DNA of 47,522 bases from a virus. Position 1 is the first letter of the stretch, and each line of letters begins with the position of its first letter. Location of the stretch: IMG/VR virus record IMGVR_UViG_3300010384_000010. One strand, given 5' to 3'. The position numbers were made by a program, and so were the translations under genes. The notes under the pieces were generated by a model. It made no database searches, was not told the origin of the DNA, and worked only from the letters and a program-made list of their open reading frames with translations. Positions 37,283 through 46,371 of this stretch are shown here, in pieces.

Positions 37283-37713
37283 TACGCCGGAATCTCCTGG
37301 ATGTTTTGCCACGTGATCTGATAACGGCGCGGCTGCAGAATCTTCTTTGCATCCGGGATCGGCATGTTGCTCGTGAAGAAGCCCTTGGAGCAGATGTACT
37401 TCTTCTTCACGCTCGGCAGGGCGATCGTGGCCGACGCGATGGCTACCTGCTTAGTGGCCCGCTGGTACGCGGCCCAGGCGGTGAACAGGTCGTTGGATTC
37501 ACTGTCGGCCTGCAGCACGATGGTCATGGCGTACGGGTTAAACACGAAGCCGCCGGACAGGTTGCCGTCGACGCCCATGAGGGTTTCGATCTGCTGGTTG
37601 GCCTCGGTGGTGAAGGTATCGTCGGTGGAGTAGCCCTGGAGGAGCTGCGGGGCCGGGAACACCGGGTTGACCGCCAGCGCGAACGAGGAGTTTGCAGAGG
37701 TAAGGGTACGCAT
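37282..37713 (-). CDS. Tail tube protein (DUF3277-like)
   Basis: 143 aa, directly after the sheath gene. Confidence 0.55.
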   Translation of the reverse strand: MRTLTSANSSFALAVNPVFPAPQLLQGYSTDDTFTTEANQQIETLMGVDGNLSGGFVFNPYAMTIVLQADSESNDLFTAWAAYQRATKQVAIASATIALPSVKKKYICSKGFFTSNMPIPDAKKILQPRRYQITWQNIQEIPA

Positions 37714-37728
37714 GGGTTCCGGCTCCTG

Positions 37729-39210
37729 TTACTGGATTTCGATGGCGGCCATCGAGATGTTCTGGATGCTCTGGCCGTCCGTGTAGTACAGCGTCACGGG
37801 CGGGCTGCGGCGGGCGGCGCGGGTCGAGGCATCGGCCGGGCTCACCTGGAGGTAATACCCGGACGACTGGATGATCGGCGCGACTTCCAGGCCGGTCGCC
37901 TGGTTGACCTGCTGGGCCTGGCTGTTCGACAGCATCACGCCGGCACGGATCGCGCCGAAGTTGATCGCGGCCGTGATCGGGTCCAGGCACGCCGAAGAAA
38001 CCAGCGAGTAGCCGTCCTCGTTGTACGGGACCGAGCCCACCGAGATGAGCAGCTGGAGCAGGGCGAGCTGGAGATTCGCGCGCAGCCACAGCTGGTTCAG
38101 GTAGGAATCGAGCCACAGGTACTGGCCGGAGACCGAGCCCGCCTGGAGCATGTTGAACGACTGGCTGCCGGTGCCGTAGACGCCATAGAAGTTATAGCCA
38201 TTGCCCAGGAGCGCCGCCGCATCGGTCGCGTTGTCCACGGCCGGGAGCAGGCCCTCCTGCCCCTTGAAGGCGAGGGTGGCGCGGCCGTTGCGGCGGGTGA
38301 AGTCCAGCGAAGCCGCGTAGCCCAGGACGAAAGCTGCGTGGGTGCGGTCGCCGTAGAGGACCACCGAGCCGCCGTAATCGGCCAGCTTGACGGCCGCGCC
38401 CCAGGTGTTCTCGCTGCCGGCGGTCAGGGCGTTCGCGTCCGAATCCCACCCCACGTAAGCGTAGTCGTTGTCCTGGAGGCTGGTCCAGGCCGAGAACTCG
38501 GTCTTGTCGTCCAGCACCGGCTCGAACATGGTGGTGAACAGGGACCACTCGGAATTCTGCTGGATCAGCGCCGACATGTACGCGTTCGGGGTCGCCGCCG
38601 CCGCGCCCTGGGAGGTCACCGCGCCGGCCGCCTGGGTGAGCTTCAGCGCGGTCGCCAGGGTGCCGGTCGTGGCGTACCCTACCGAGGAGCTGGCCCCGGT
38701 GGTGCTGGACGTGAACTTGAAGGCGCCCCGGGTGGCGTCGTAGGTCACCGTGAAGCCCGGCGTGGTGAAGGCCGCCTCGATCGTGGCCGCCGCGTCGGAG
38801 TAGCTCGTGATGGTCGAGAGGTCAATCGAGGCCGAGGTGTTGGCCACCCCGTCCGCCGTGACCGTGAGGGTGCCGGTCAGCAGCTTCAGGTCGTCCAGCG
38901 CCATGGACAACTTGGCACCACGCAGGTAGCCCGCCACCGGGGCGGACGGGTACTGGGCGAACAGCAGCGCGGACGCCGCCTTGGTGGCGTTGGCCGGACC
39001 CTGGAAGTAAATCTGGGCGGCCTTGTACTCATCGGACGACAGGCCGAAGAAGTTGCCAACGTCCGTGGCCGTGGCAAACGACATGGGCTTGCCCACCGGC
39101 ACGGCCGTGTCGGCGGTCAGGATGAGGCCGAGCAGGGCCGCGAGCGAGCCCGCCGCAGCGAGAACACCCGGGTTGATCTTGACGAGCTGCGAAACGGGAA
39201 TGGTTTTCAT
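37729..39210 (-). CDS. Tail sheath-like protein (DUF3383-type)
   Basis: Trimmed to MKTIPVSQLVKINPGVLAAAGS.... 493 aa, followed by the tube, chaperone and tape measure genes. Confidence 0.65.
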   Translation of the reverse strand: MKTIPVSQLVKINPGVLAAAGSLAALLGLILTADTAVPVGKPMSFATATDVGNFFGLSSDEYKAAQIYFQGPANATKAASALLFAQYPSAPVAGYLRGAKLSMALDDLKLLTGTLTVTADGVANTSASIDLSTITSYSDAAATIEAAFTTPGFTVTYDATRGAFKFTSSTTGASSSVGYATTGTLATALKLTQAAGAVTSQGAAAATPNAYMSALIQQNSEWSLFTTMFEPVLDDKTEFSAWTSLQDNDYAYVGWDSDANALTAGSENTWGAAVKLADYGGSVVLYGDRTHAAFVLGYAASLDFTRRNGRATLAFKGQEGLLPAVDNATDAAALLGNGYNFYGVYGTGSQSFNMLQAGSVSGQYLWLDSYLNQLWLRANLQLALLQLLISVGSVPYNEDGYSLVSSACLDPITAAINFGAIRAGVMLSNSQAQQVNQATGLEVAPIIQSSGYYLQVSPADASTRAARRSPPVTLYYTDGQSIQNISMAAIEIQ

Positions 39211-39211
39211 G

Positions 39212-39748
39212 CTACTCTCCGGGAGGGAACTTGGTGTCAATCTCGACTACGGTGGCCTCCAGGGCGGAGGCGAAGTCCAGCGGCACGGTGACCACCGGGT
39301 TAAACTGGATGAACGCGTCCAGCGTCCAGCGCTCCTGATACTGCTGCTCCGCGTTCACCATCGTCGTATTCTTCGGGTCTTCCGCGTACAGCGGCTGGAC
39401 CTCCAGGCCAGACCCCGCAAGCTGGTCGCAGGTGTACCGGGTGCGGAACAGCGCCTGCACAATATGGACCGCGTCGGCCGCCCCTTCACCATAAAAGTCT
39501 AACTGAAAGCGGCCCCGAGCGCTAGTCTTCGATTCGACGGTGCCCGGGTTGGTGCCCGGATCGACCCACTTGCCGGTGGGCGTCGCCAGGAGCAGGGACC
39601 CCATGCGGGTCATCATCACAAAGTTACCGTTGGGCATCGGCACCCGGTTGTCCTGGGTGACGAACACCCCCCAGCCGCTGCCCAGGACCGCGAGCAGGTA
39701 CGCACGGACCGTGGCGAGCAGGGCCTCGTCCGTGATCGAGATGGACAT
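39212..39748 (-). CDS. Neck / tail-terminator-like protein
   Basis: Trimmed to MSISITDEALLATVRAYLL.... It lies between the head-completion genes and the sheath gene. Confidence 0.45.
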   Translation of the reverse strand: MSISITDEALLATVRAYLLAVLGSGWGVFVTQDNRVPMPNGNFVMMTRMGSLLLATPTGKWVDPGTNPGTVESKTSARGRFQLDFYGEGAADAVHIVQALFRTRYTCDQLAGSGLEVQPLYAEDPKNTTMVNAEQQYQERWTLDAFIQFNPVVTVPLDFASALEATVVEIDTKFPPGE

Positions 39749-39750
39749 GG

Positions 39751-40125
39751 TCACGGCGGGGTCACCTGCTTCTGTACGATCACTCGGCACCAGTCGGCCC
39801 AGCGCTCCCGGACCGCGACGACCAGCCAGTCAGCACCGTCGAAGTTGAGCATGTCCCCGCCCACCTGGGTCGCCCGATCCTGGGCCGACAGGGCACCCGG
39901 GGCGTAGATCGAGGTCATCGTCCCCTGGAGGCCCAGGCCATCCACGTACCGGACGTCCGGGGAGGACAGCTCCTGGCGCTGGACGTACATCTGTACCGGG
40001 TCACTGTAGGACGGGGCGCGGCGGCCCGAGGAGGAGGTCCCGTAGCCGGTCGAGCGGCGGACTGTCACCTGGGTGGACGGGTTCACCATCCCGATGGCCG
40101 GGCCGACGATGGCGTTAAGGTCCAT
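39751..40125 (-). CDS. Head-tail joining protein (putative)
   Basis: 124 aa. Assigned by position only. Confidence 0.4.
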   Translation of the reverse strand: MDLNAIVGPAIGMVNPSTQVTVRRSTGYGTSSSGRRAPSYSDPVQMYVQRQELSSPDVRYVDGLGLQGTMTSIYAPGALSAQDRATQVGGDMLNFDGADWLVVAVRERWADWCRVIVQKQVTPP

Positions 40126-40577
40126 CAGTCATCCCCCTGGATATCGTAGGCCACGCTGTTGAGCATGGTCGAGGTGTCGATGAGCGGCTTGTCGAATCCC
40201 TTCCGGGCGATGGTGCTGGGCGCCAGCTCGGGGACGCGGAACTCACGGATGGAGCCCTGGAGGTCGGCCTTCAGCACCTCGCCCATGAGGCGGAGGGTGC
40301 GTTCGCCATCGTACCCGGTTGCGTGCAGAACCTTACCCATCTTGGCGCCCCAGCCGGGGGCCTTGGCGTCGATCATCAAGCGGAAAAACGGGCGGGGCGG
40401 GCGCCCCCGGGCGGGGTCCCCAAACTCGTTGGCGGCAGCCACCATCGGGACGGAGGCATCGCTGTCGGCGTAGGTGGAACCTTCCAGGAAGCCGACGCGG
40501 ACGTGCTGCCCCCGGCCCACGCGGGCCAACACCTGCTTCAGGCGGGCATCGAGTTTGTCCCCGCCACTGAGGGCCAT
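40125..40577 (-). CDS. HK97 gp10-like head-tail component
   Basis: Trimmed to MALSGGDKLDARLKQVLARV.... FFRLMID and APSTIARKG are typical of the gp10 family as I recall it. Confidence 0.45.
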   Translation of the reverse strand: MALSGGDKLDARLKQVLARVGRGQHVRVGFLEGSTYADSDASVPMVAAANEFGDPARGRPPRPFFRLMIDAKAPGWGAKMGKVLHATGYDGERTLRLMGEVLKADLQGSIREFRVPELAPSTIARKGFDKPLIDTSTMLNSVAYDIQGDD

Positions 40578-40578
40578 G

Positions 40579-41013
40579 TCAGTAGCAGCGCAGCAGGGGG
40601 TCGGGCGCCGGTCCGGAAGAGCCGGGCAGGTAGCGCATGGTCCGGAACCGCGCGGTGGCGGCCCAATACTGGGCACCATACTTGGTCTGGTTGAACCACG
40701 CGGCCCCGGGGGTGCCGCCGGGCATGTCCACCGAGACCGAGACCGAGCCCTGGGTCGCGGACGCCACCCGGCCGACGAGCGGGGAGGGGGCTCGGCCGTT
40801 GCTGCCCGCCTGGAGCTGGGCGATGTGGGCGGTCAACATCCAGAGTAGCGGCTTGCGGATTTCGACGTCGCGCACGCGGCTGCTCTCGCTGTTGTCCAGA
40901 TAGAGCATCGTCTCGTCGAAGAACGACTGCAGCAGGCTGTCCGCCACCCCGGAAAACTCCGGGTAGCGGGCCTTGAAGTCGGCCGGGACGAACGAGACGA
41001 TGCCCGTGGTCAC
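40579..41013 (-). CDS. DUF4054-like head-tail connector
   Basis: N-terminus VSFVPADFKARYPEFSGV.... 144 aa. Confidence 0.5.
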   Translation of the reverse strand: MTTGIVSFVPADFKARYPEFSGVADSLLQSFFDETMLYLDNSESSRVRDVEIRKPLLWMLTAHIAQLQAGSNGRAPSPLVGRVASATQGSVSVSVDMPGGTPGAAWFNQTKYGAQYWAATARFRTMRYLPGSSGPAPDPLLRCY

Positions 41014-41017
41014 TGGA

Positions 41018-41350
41018 TTAATCCTCTTCGGTCGTCTTGGTGACGGCCGGGGCCGGCTTGTCGGCGTTCACGCCTTCGAAGCCGGTGGCGAGGGCGGCCT
41101 TCTCGGTAGCCTCTGCCTGGGCACGCGCTTCGTTGGCCTGGATGAAGATCAGACCGCGCTTGACCGGGGCGAAATTCTGGTTGGCCGCGAGCCACGCCTT
41201 CGCGAGGTCCTCGTCCACGTTGGTCATGCCGAAGCCGCCGACGATGCGCGAGGCGTTGGCGCCTGCCAGGGTGACGGACACGTTGCCGTGCCGGATGACG
41301 AGGCCCTGGGGGAGCTTGCAGCCCACGACGACCTGTTTGCCATTTGCCAT
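41018..41350 (-). CDS. Hypothetical head protein
   Basis: The ORF-track start is GTG 41356. ATG 41348-41350 has a better SD (GAGGAAAGTGAAC). Confidence 0.5.
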   Translation of the reverse strand: MANGKQVVVGCKLPQGLVIRHGNVSVTLAGANASRIVGGFGMTNVDEDLAKAWLAANQNFAPVKRGLIFIQANEARAQAEATEKAALATGFEGVNADKPAPAVTKTTEED

Positions 41351-41372
41351 GTTCACTTTCCTCTAAGCAGTG

Positions 41373-41397
41373 GCCCCGGGGCAGGGCGCCCCGGGGC
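41373..41397 (-). terminator. 9-bp GC hairpin after the major capsid gene (attenuator or terminator-like, no U-tract)
   Basis: The minus strand reads GCCCCGGGG-CGCCCTG-CCCCGGGGC. Confidence 0.4.
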
Positions 41398-41424
41398 TAG
41401 GGTTGTGACCGAGAGGCCCGGCGA

Positions 41425-42462
41425 TCAGACGCCGAGCATGCCCGCGATCAGGAACGGCCGGTAGATGATCGCGCCCCAGGAGCCGCCCGACTTCTTCTGC
41501 TTGAAGCTGGACATGCCCACCTTCACCGGATGCGCGCGCATCTTCTCGGTGAACGAGATTTCGGCGGTCTTCTGGCCCTCCAGCTCGTCCACGATCAGCT
41601 GCACCAGCTCGCCACCCGTGGTCGCGTACTCCACGGCGGTGACGAGGCGCATGTTCGGGAAATTCTTCTTGAGCTGGTCCTCGACGTTGACGTTGTACTG
41701 ATTCGTCTTCGTCAGGTTGGTTGCGGCATCGTTCGACAGCGCCAGGGTCATCCGGGCGTTCTTGTCGACCAGGCCGCCCGACTGGGCCACCGCCTGGGCG
41801 AACAGGGCCTGGATGTCACCGTAGACCGCCGCGCCGTCCTTGTCGGCCCACAGCAGCGAGCTGCCGGTGCCGGTCGCCAGCGGGCTGATCGGGGTGGGCA
41901 GGCTCGGGTCGTTCAGCAGGCCGTAATTCTTGAGGTTGGCCACGCCGAAGAACGCAATGCGGTTGTGGGTTTTCTTCAGGGTCAGGACCGACGCGATGTT
42001 CAGGCGCGCGGCCCAGTCGATCTTCGCCTCGCCCGCCATCGCCAGCTCGCGCTCACCCCACTGGGTGATGGTCTGGAAATGATAGGACTCGCGGGCCTCC
42101 CAGTTGACGTTCGCCGACGAGTGACCGTTGTTGCTGAAGTCACCGTAGGCGGAGGTCTCGCCGGTCGATTCCACGATCGGGAACTGCGAGGAGAGGGTGG
42201 TCCAGTCGCCCTTCTTGACGTCGCCGACGATTTCCGTCGCCTTCATCGGGGAGACCAGCACCTCGACCAGCTTGGGGTCCAGGTAGTTGGCCAGGAACGC
42301 GGGGATGCCGGCGTTGCTGGTGGTGATCAGGGCCGGCTGCGCATCGGCCGCCAGGCCGAAGTTGTTGCCGTAGGTCTGGCGGTCCAGGTGGCCCTGGATG
42401 TCCGCCATGAAGTGGACGCCATGATCGGCGGCCAGGATGTTCAACTCGTCACGGAAATCCAT
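41425..42462 (-). CDS. Major capsid protein (DUF2184-type)
   Basis: 345 aa. It lies after the scaffold and decoration genes. The sequence style (...LITTSNAGIPAFLANYLDPKLVEVL...) is that of DUF2184 capsid proteins as I recall them. Confidence 0.7.
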   Translation of the reverse strand: MDFRDELNILAADHGVHFMADIQGHLDRQTYGNNFGLAADAQPALITTSNAGIPAFLANYLDPKLVEVLVSPMKATEIVGDVKKGDWTTLSSQFPIVESTGETSAYGDFSNNGHSSANVNWEARESYHFQTITQWGERELAMAGEAKIDWAARLNIASVLTLKKTHNRIAFFGVANLKNYGLLNDPSLPTPISPLATGTGSSLLWADKDGAAVYGDIQALFAQAVAQSGGLVDKNARMTLALSNDAATNLTKTNQYNVNVEDQLKKNFPNMRLVTAVEYATTGGELVQLIVDELEGQKTAEISFTEKMRAHPVKVGMSSFKQKKSGGSWGAIIYRPFLIAGMLGV

Positions 42463-42466
42463 GGCT

Positions 42467-42952
42467 TCAGCTCCAGGAGGTGATCTTGCACAGCTCGTTT
42501 GCGTTGCAGGCGAAAGCCGCCGGCACTACCCACGAGGTTTCGGTATAGCCGGCGATGGTCGCACCGGCGGCGCCCGTCTTCACGGTGCCGTCCGTGTTCG
42601 ACGCGAACACCTTCTGGCCCGGAGTGGCGGCGGTCAGGGTCTTCGCGTAGAAGTCGCCCTTGGTCATCACCGTGACCGGACGGCCGGCGGGGATGTTCAC
42701 GGACGCTTCGCCCAGCCAGCCGGTGATCAGCGCCTGCTGGTCGCGATGGATGAAGCCGGTCGGCACACCGGAGCCCGCATTGGTGACAAGGCCGTTGGCA
42801 TCGGCCCAGGCGAACAGGCCGACGTTCACGCCGCCCGTGCCCGCGACCAGATGGTCGGGGCCGGCAACGGCGCTCATGTGGGCATTGGCACCGCAGAAGT
42901 CACCGGCCACGGCCGGGGGCAACTGCTGATTGACGGTCTTCTGGAAGGTCAT
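42467..42952 (-). CDS. Capsid decoration/cement-like protein
   Basis: Trimmed to MTFQKTVNQQLPPAVAGDF.... 161 aa, between the scaffold and capsid genes. Confidence 0.4.
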   Translation of the reverse strand: MTFQKTVNQQLPPAVAGDFCGANAHMSAVAGPDHLVAGTGGVNVGLFAWADANGLVTNAGSGVPTGFIHRDQQALITGWLGEASVNIPAGRPVTVMTKGDFYAKTLTAATPGQKVFASNTDGTVKTGAAGATIAGYTETSWVVPAAFACNANELCKITSWS

Positions 42953-42956
42953 GGGA

Positions 42957-44672
42957 TCAGCTCCGGTCGGGGCGGGAAGCGCCCGGGTACTTGTGGTAGA
43001 ACGAGGTGCGAGCATCCACCGAGTCCATGGCGACGCTCGGGGCCTTGGCGGCGGCCTTGTGCGCCTTGACCTGCTTGGCCATCTCGACCATCGCGGGCAG
43101 GGCGGCGGCGTGTACGCCATCGTGGGCGACGCCCTCCTGGGTCAGGGCGAAGCGATAGACCGCCTCGGCGCTGTCCATGGCGGTCACTTCGCCGACGAGC
43201 GGGGCGACCGCCTTCTCGGCCGTGCGCAGGGCGAGGTAGTCGGCGCGGGCCTCGGACTTGGCCTTCGCCAGGATCGCATCCGCGTCCTGGGCGACCTCGG
43301 GGTCCTTCTTCGGCTCGTCTTCCTCGTCGTCGGCCGGGGCCTCGTCCATGGCGACCTGGAGGATGCCGGACAGCTGGGGCACGTCGACGTCGAAGCGGGC
43401 GTCGTAATGCTTGGCGACGGCGCGGGCGATGTCGGTCGGGCGAGCATCGGCGGCGAGCAGCTCGCCGTATGGGATGGGCGCCGAGTCCTGGGCCAGGGCA
43501 GGCATCAGGTAGGCGCTCAGGGCGGCACGCAGGGCGACCGCCTTGGGGCTTACGTTCTTGGACATGGTGAAAAGCTCCACGGGTTGGGAATCGCCAACGA
43601 TGACGTCGGCTCCTGCACGTCCCACAGTGACCAGTGCGACATGGTTGCCGACGATGTTTATCATGCGGCCGTCAAACGGCTGCCCTTCAAACATGCCGGG
43701 CGTCATGTCAGCATCATAGCGGTACGATGCCGACAATTGCTGCTGCTCCCCTGTCTCAACTGTCGCGATGGCGGAATTATCCCACACGACAAGGGAGTTG
43801 TCTAGATATGGCGGGTTCCAGGTGGCGTTGGAACCGGTGCAGCCCACCACGTACTCCTTTTTCGGGTCGTTGGCCGAGACCGGAATGTGGCGGCAAAGGA
43901 GCTGGATATTGTTGAAGGTCGGCGCGGCCTTGCGCAGCTCCTCCGGGTCGCGCAGGAGCTTGTACAGCCGGTTCGGGTCCAGGCCCAGCTGCTGCCAGCG
44001 CGGAATCTCGCGGCCAAAGTACGGACAGACGTTGGCCTTGGAGATGTGCGACATGCGCACCCGCAGACGGCCGAAGCCATCGTACGAGCGGACGGAGTCG
44101 AAGTCCATCGCCAGCGGGGCCTCATCCTCGGCCAGGCCCTCGGGCGCGGCTTCGGGCTGCAGCAGGTGGGCGAGCGCGCGCTCCAGGCCCGGATGGAGCG
44201 GGGAGGGCAGGGCGGTGAGCGGGAACCAGCCGCAGGCGGTATGCTCGTCGCACAGCTGGGCCTCGGCACCCTCAGGCGCGGCGGCAATGAACGTGCTGAA
44301 TTCGACGCGGTCGTCCCCGCCCAGGTCGAGCAGGCGCAGGGCACCCGGGTCGACCGCGATGCCAGTCTCCTCCAACAGCTCGCGCGCCGCAGCGGCGGCC
44401 GGCTCCTCGCCGTCTTCGATCTTGCCCCCGGGGACTGCCCAGGTGCTGCCGTGGTCGCCCCCGGGGCGCCGTTGGGCCAGCAAGATGTCGCCGTCGCGGA
44501 TCAGGGCCACGCCCGCCGCCTGGAGGAGCGGGGCCTCGTCCTCGGCGTAACCGTTGGCGTGCGCGGCCTCGGCCTGAGCTTCCGCCTTGCGGCGGTCGGA
44601 GTAACACTTGCCGTGGCGGCCCCACTTGTAGCCACCACGGCCGCCGGGGAGAGGGCAGGAATGAATGGGCAT
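42957..44672 (-). CDS. Nudix hydrolase domain inserted in a DUF2213-type scaffold/prohead protein
   Basis: Single 571-aa ORF. The Nudix box GGKIEDGEEPAAAAARELLEETGI fits GX5EX7REUXEEXGU perfectly. From MDFDSVRSYDGFGRLRV onward it is DUF2213-like, with an Ala/Glu/Lys-rich C-terminus. Confidence 0.7.
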   Translation of the reverse strand: MPIHSCPLPGGRGGYKWGRHGKCYSDRRKAEAQAEAAHANGYAEDEAPLLQAAGVALIRDGDILLAQRRPGGDHGSTWAVPGGKIEDGEEPAAAAARELLEETGIAVDPGALRLLDLGGDDRVEFSTFIAAAPEGAEAQLCDEHTACGWFPLTALPSPLHPGLERALAHLLQPEAAPEGLAEDEAPLAMDFDSVRSYDGFGRLRVRMSHISKANVCPYFGREIPRWQQLGLDPNRLYKLLRDPEELRKAAPTFNNIQLLCRHIPVSANDPKKEYVVGCTGSNATWNPPYLDNSLVVWDNSAIATVETGEQQQLSASYRYDADMTPGMFEGQPFDGRMINIVGNHVALVTVGRAGADVIVGDSQPVELFTMSKNVSPKAVALRAALSAYLMPALAQDSAPIPYGELLAADARPTDIARAVAKHYDARFDVDVPQLSGILQVAMDEAPADDEEDEPKKDPEVAQDADAILAKAKSEARADYLALRTAEKAVAPLVGEVTAMDSAEAVYRFALTQEGVAHDGVHAAALPAMVEMAKQVKAHKAAAKAPSVAMDSVDARTSFYHKYPGASRPDRS

Positions 44673-45550
44673 CAGCTTTTCTTCGCCCGCTCCGCGACGC
44701 GGTCGTAGTGCTCACCGGCCGCCCGCTGCTCCGATTCGGTGAAGCCCTGGTCCGCCAGGTTCATCTGGAGCTGGCGGCGGGTGTGCCCATCCTCGTGGGC
44801 GCCCTTGGCGCGCATTTCCATCATGTGCCCGATCACCTTGCCTTGGGTGTTCTCGTCCACCTTCTCGTTGAAGAAGTGGCGGGCGAGGTCGGCGCGGCGG
44901 TGACCCTTACCATGGAGGCCCTCGGCAATGGTGCGGGCGTTGCCGGCGGCCTTGCTCAGCTCGTCATGCTTGCTGGCCGCCGCGTTGATGTGCGCTTCGT
45001 GGTAGCCCTGCTCCTTGAGGTTGGCCAGGAATTTTTCTTTGCTCTGGCCAGTGCGCACCGACTCGGCCGCGCCCTCGTGCACCCGCTTCAGGCCCCGGCC
45101 GCCTACCGGACCGGTAATCTTGGCGGGCTCCGGGCCCAGGGCCTCCTGACCATCACCCGCCCCGGCGGCCTCAATCTCGCGCGCCTGCTTGTGGACGTAG
45201 TCGGCCTGACCGAAGTGGTGCTCGGCCCGCTCTTTGTGGCGAGCCGCCGCCTCGTGGTCGCCGCGCTCCTCGGCCTTCTTCTGCTCGTCCCGATGGTGGG
45301 AGAACTTGGCCACGTGGCCGGCGGCCACCTCACGGGCGGACGCCGCCAGGGCCTTCCGCTCCCGCACATGCTTGGGGTCGCGGGACGAGTGAAACGTCAC
45401 TGGGGCGGGCTCGCGCTCGTCTTTCTTCCCGCCAGACCCGCCGCCCGAGCCGAACTTCCCGTCCTTGGACCGGGGATGCTTGCCTTCTTCCCACCCGCTG
45501 TCCATGGCCACCGCGCCGAGTATGCCACCGAGAAGCTTCTGCTTGGTCAT
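44672..45550 (-). CDS. Head-associated protein with a KHPR..GKF motif and three helical repeats
   Basis: Trimmed to MTKQKLLGG..., with ATGA overlap to the MuF gene stop. The repeats begin GQSKEKFLANLKEQGYHEAH, GHRRADLARHFFNEKVDEN and GHTRRQLQMNLADQGFTESE. Confidence 0.6.
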   Translation of the reverse strand: MTKQKLLGGILGAVAMDSGWEEGKHPRSKDGKFGSGGGSGGKKDEREPAPVTFHSSRDPKHVRERKALAASAREVAAGHVAKFSHHRDEQKKAEERGDHEAAARHKERAEHHFGQADYVHKQAREIEAAGAGDGQEALGPEPAKITGPVGGRGLKRVHEGAAESVRTGQSKEKFLANLKEQGYHEAHINAAASKHDELSKAAGNARTIAEGLHGKGHRRADLARHFFNEKVDENTQGKVIGHMMEMRAKGAHEDGHTRRQLQMNLADQGFTESEQRAAGEHYDRVAERAKKS

Positions 45551-46371
45551 TCGTCTAGTCCAGGTATGACCGGTTCCCACGTACACCGGCAGTTGATTGC
45601 TTCGCCAGGGAGCACCCACTCCCCATCCAGGTAGAGGCCCCGGCTCAGGTCGAAACGGACGCCGTCCGCCGCAACGTGAGAGGGCCGGGGCTCCTTGCCC
45701 GCGTGGCTGTGCCGCCAGATGCCCTGGGAGATGCCCAGCGACTGCTGACTGGCCGATGCCATCGCGGACGTGGCCTTGTTGTTCTGATCCCGCGCGATGA
45801 GGGCGGCCCGGCGACTGGTCACTCCGTACTGCGCCTCGATCTGCTTTTTCAGAGCCCCCAAGTCCCGGCCGCGCGCAACGGATTGCATCACGAGCGATTC
45901 GACGTTGTCAAGGAAGCGTGAAGGGATAGATTTGATCAGCGACACGTTCTCATTGATCACGGCCGCCAAGGCGTCGGTCTCGTCCGGGGTCGCCTGGAAG
46001 CTCACCGAGATATCCCGGGCGCGCAGGTAGGCCGAGAGGGCCCCCCGGGCGTGCTGACGGGCGGCACGCGCGAAGGAGGAGGACAGCCACCGGCCCATCT
46101 GGTCGAACGCCTTCTCCCAGCGGCCCCGGAGCCGGGTGAGCTGGCGCTGCATCTGGTCGGCGGGGGAGGCATCCTGGGCCAGGCCCGTGGCCCGGTACTC
46201 GGCGGTCAGCCAGTAGTCGACCGACTTGTACATCTTGGTGATTTCGTCCTGGAGCCGGCGGCGGTAGCGTGCTTCAAGACCCGCGTTTGCCCTTGTCGGG
46301 GGCAGGATCCTTGCGGTTTCCGCCGCCCGCCGCGCCCGCATCGCCGCCTTCATCTTCGTTGGAGGCTTCAT
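45547..46371 (-). CDS. Head morphogenesis protein (Mu F / SPP1 gp7 family)
   Basis: 274 aa. The C-terminal block GLYLDGEWVLPGEAINCRCTWEPV is the family signature. Confidence 0.8.
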   Translation of the reverse strand: MKPPTKMKAAMRARRAAETARILPPTRANAGLEARYRRRLQDEITKMYKSVDYWLTAEYRATGLAQDASPADQMQRQLTRLRGRWEKAFDQMGRWLSSSFARAARQHARGALSAYLRARDISVSFQATPDETDALAAVINENVSLIKSIPSRFLDNVESLVMQSVARGRDLGALKKQIEAQYGVTSRRAALIARDQNNKATSAMASASQQSLGISQGIWRHSHAGKEPRPSHVAADGVRFDLSRGLYLDGEWVLPGEAINCRCTWEPVIPGLDE

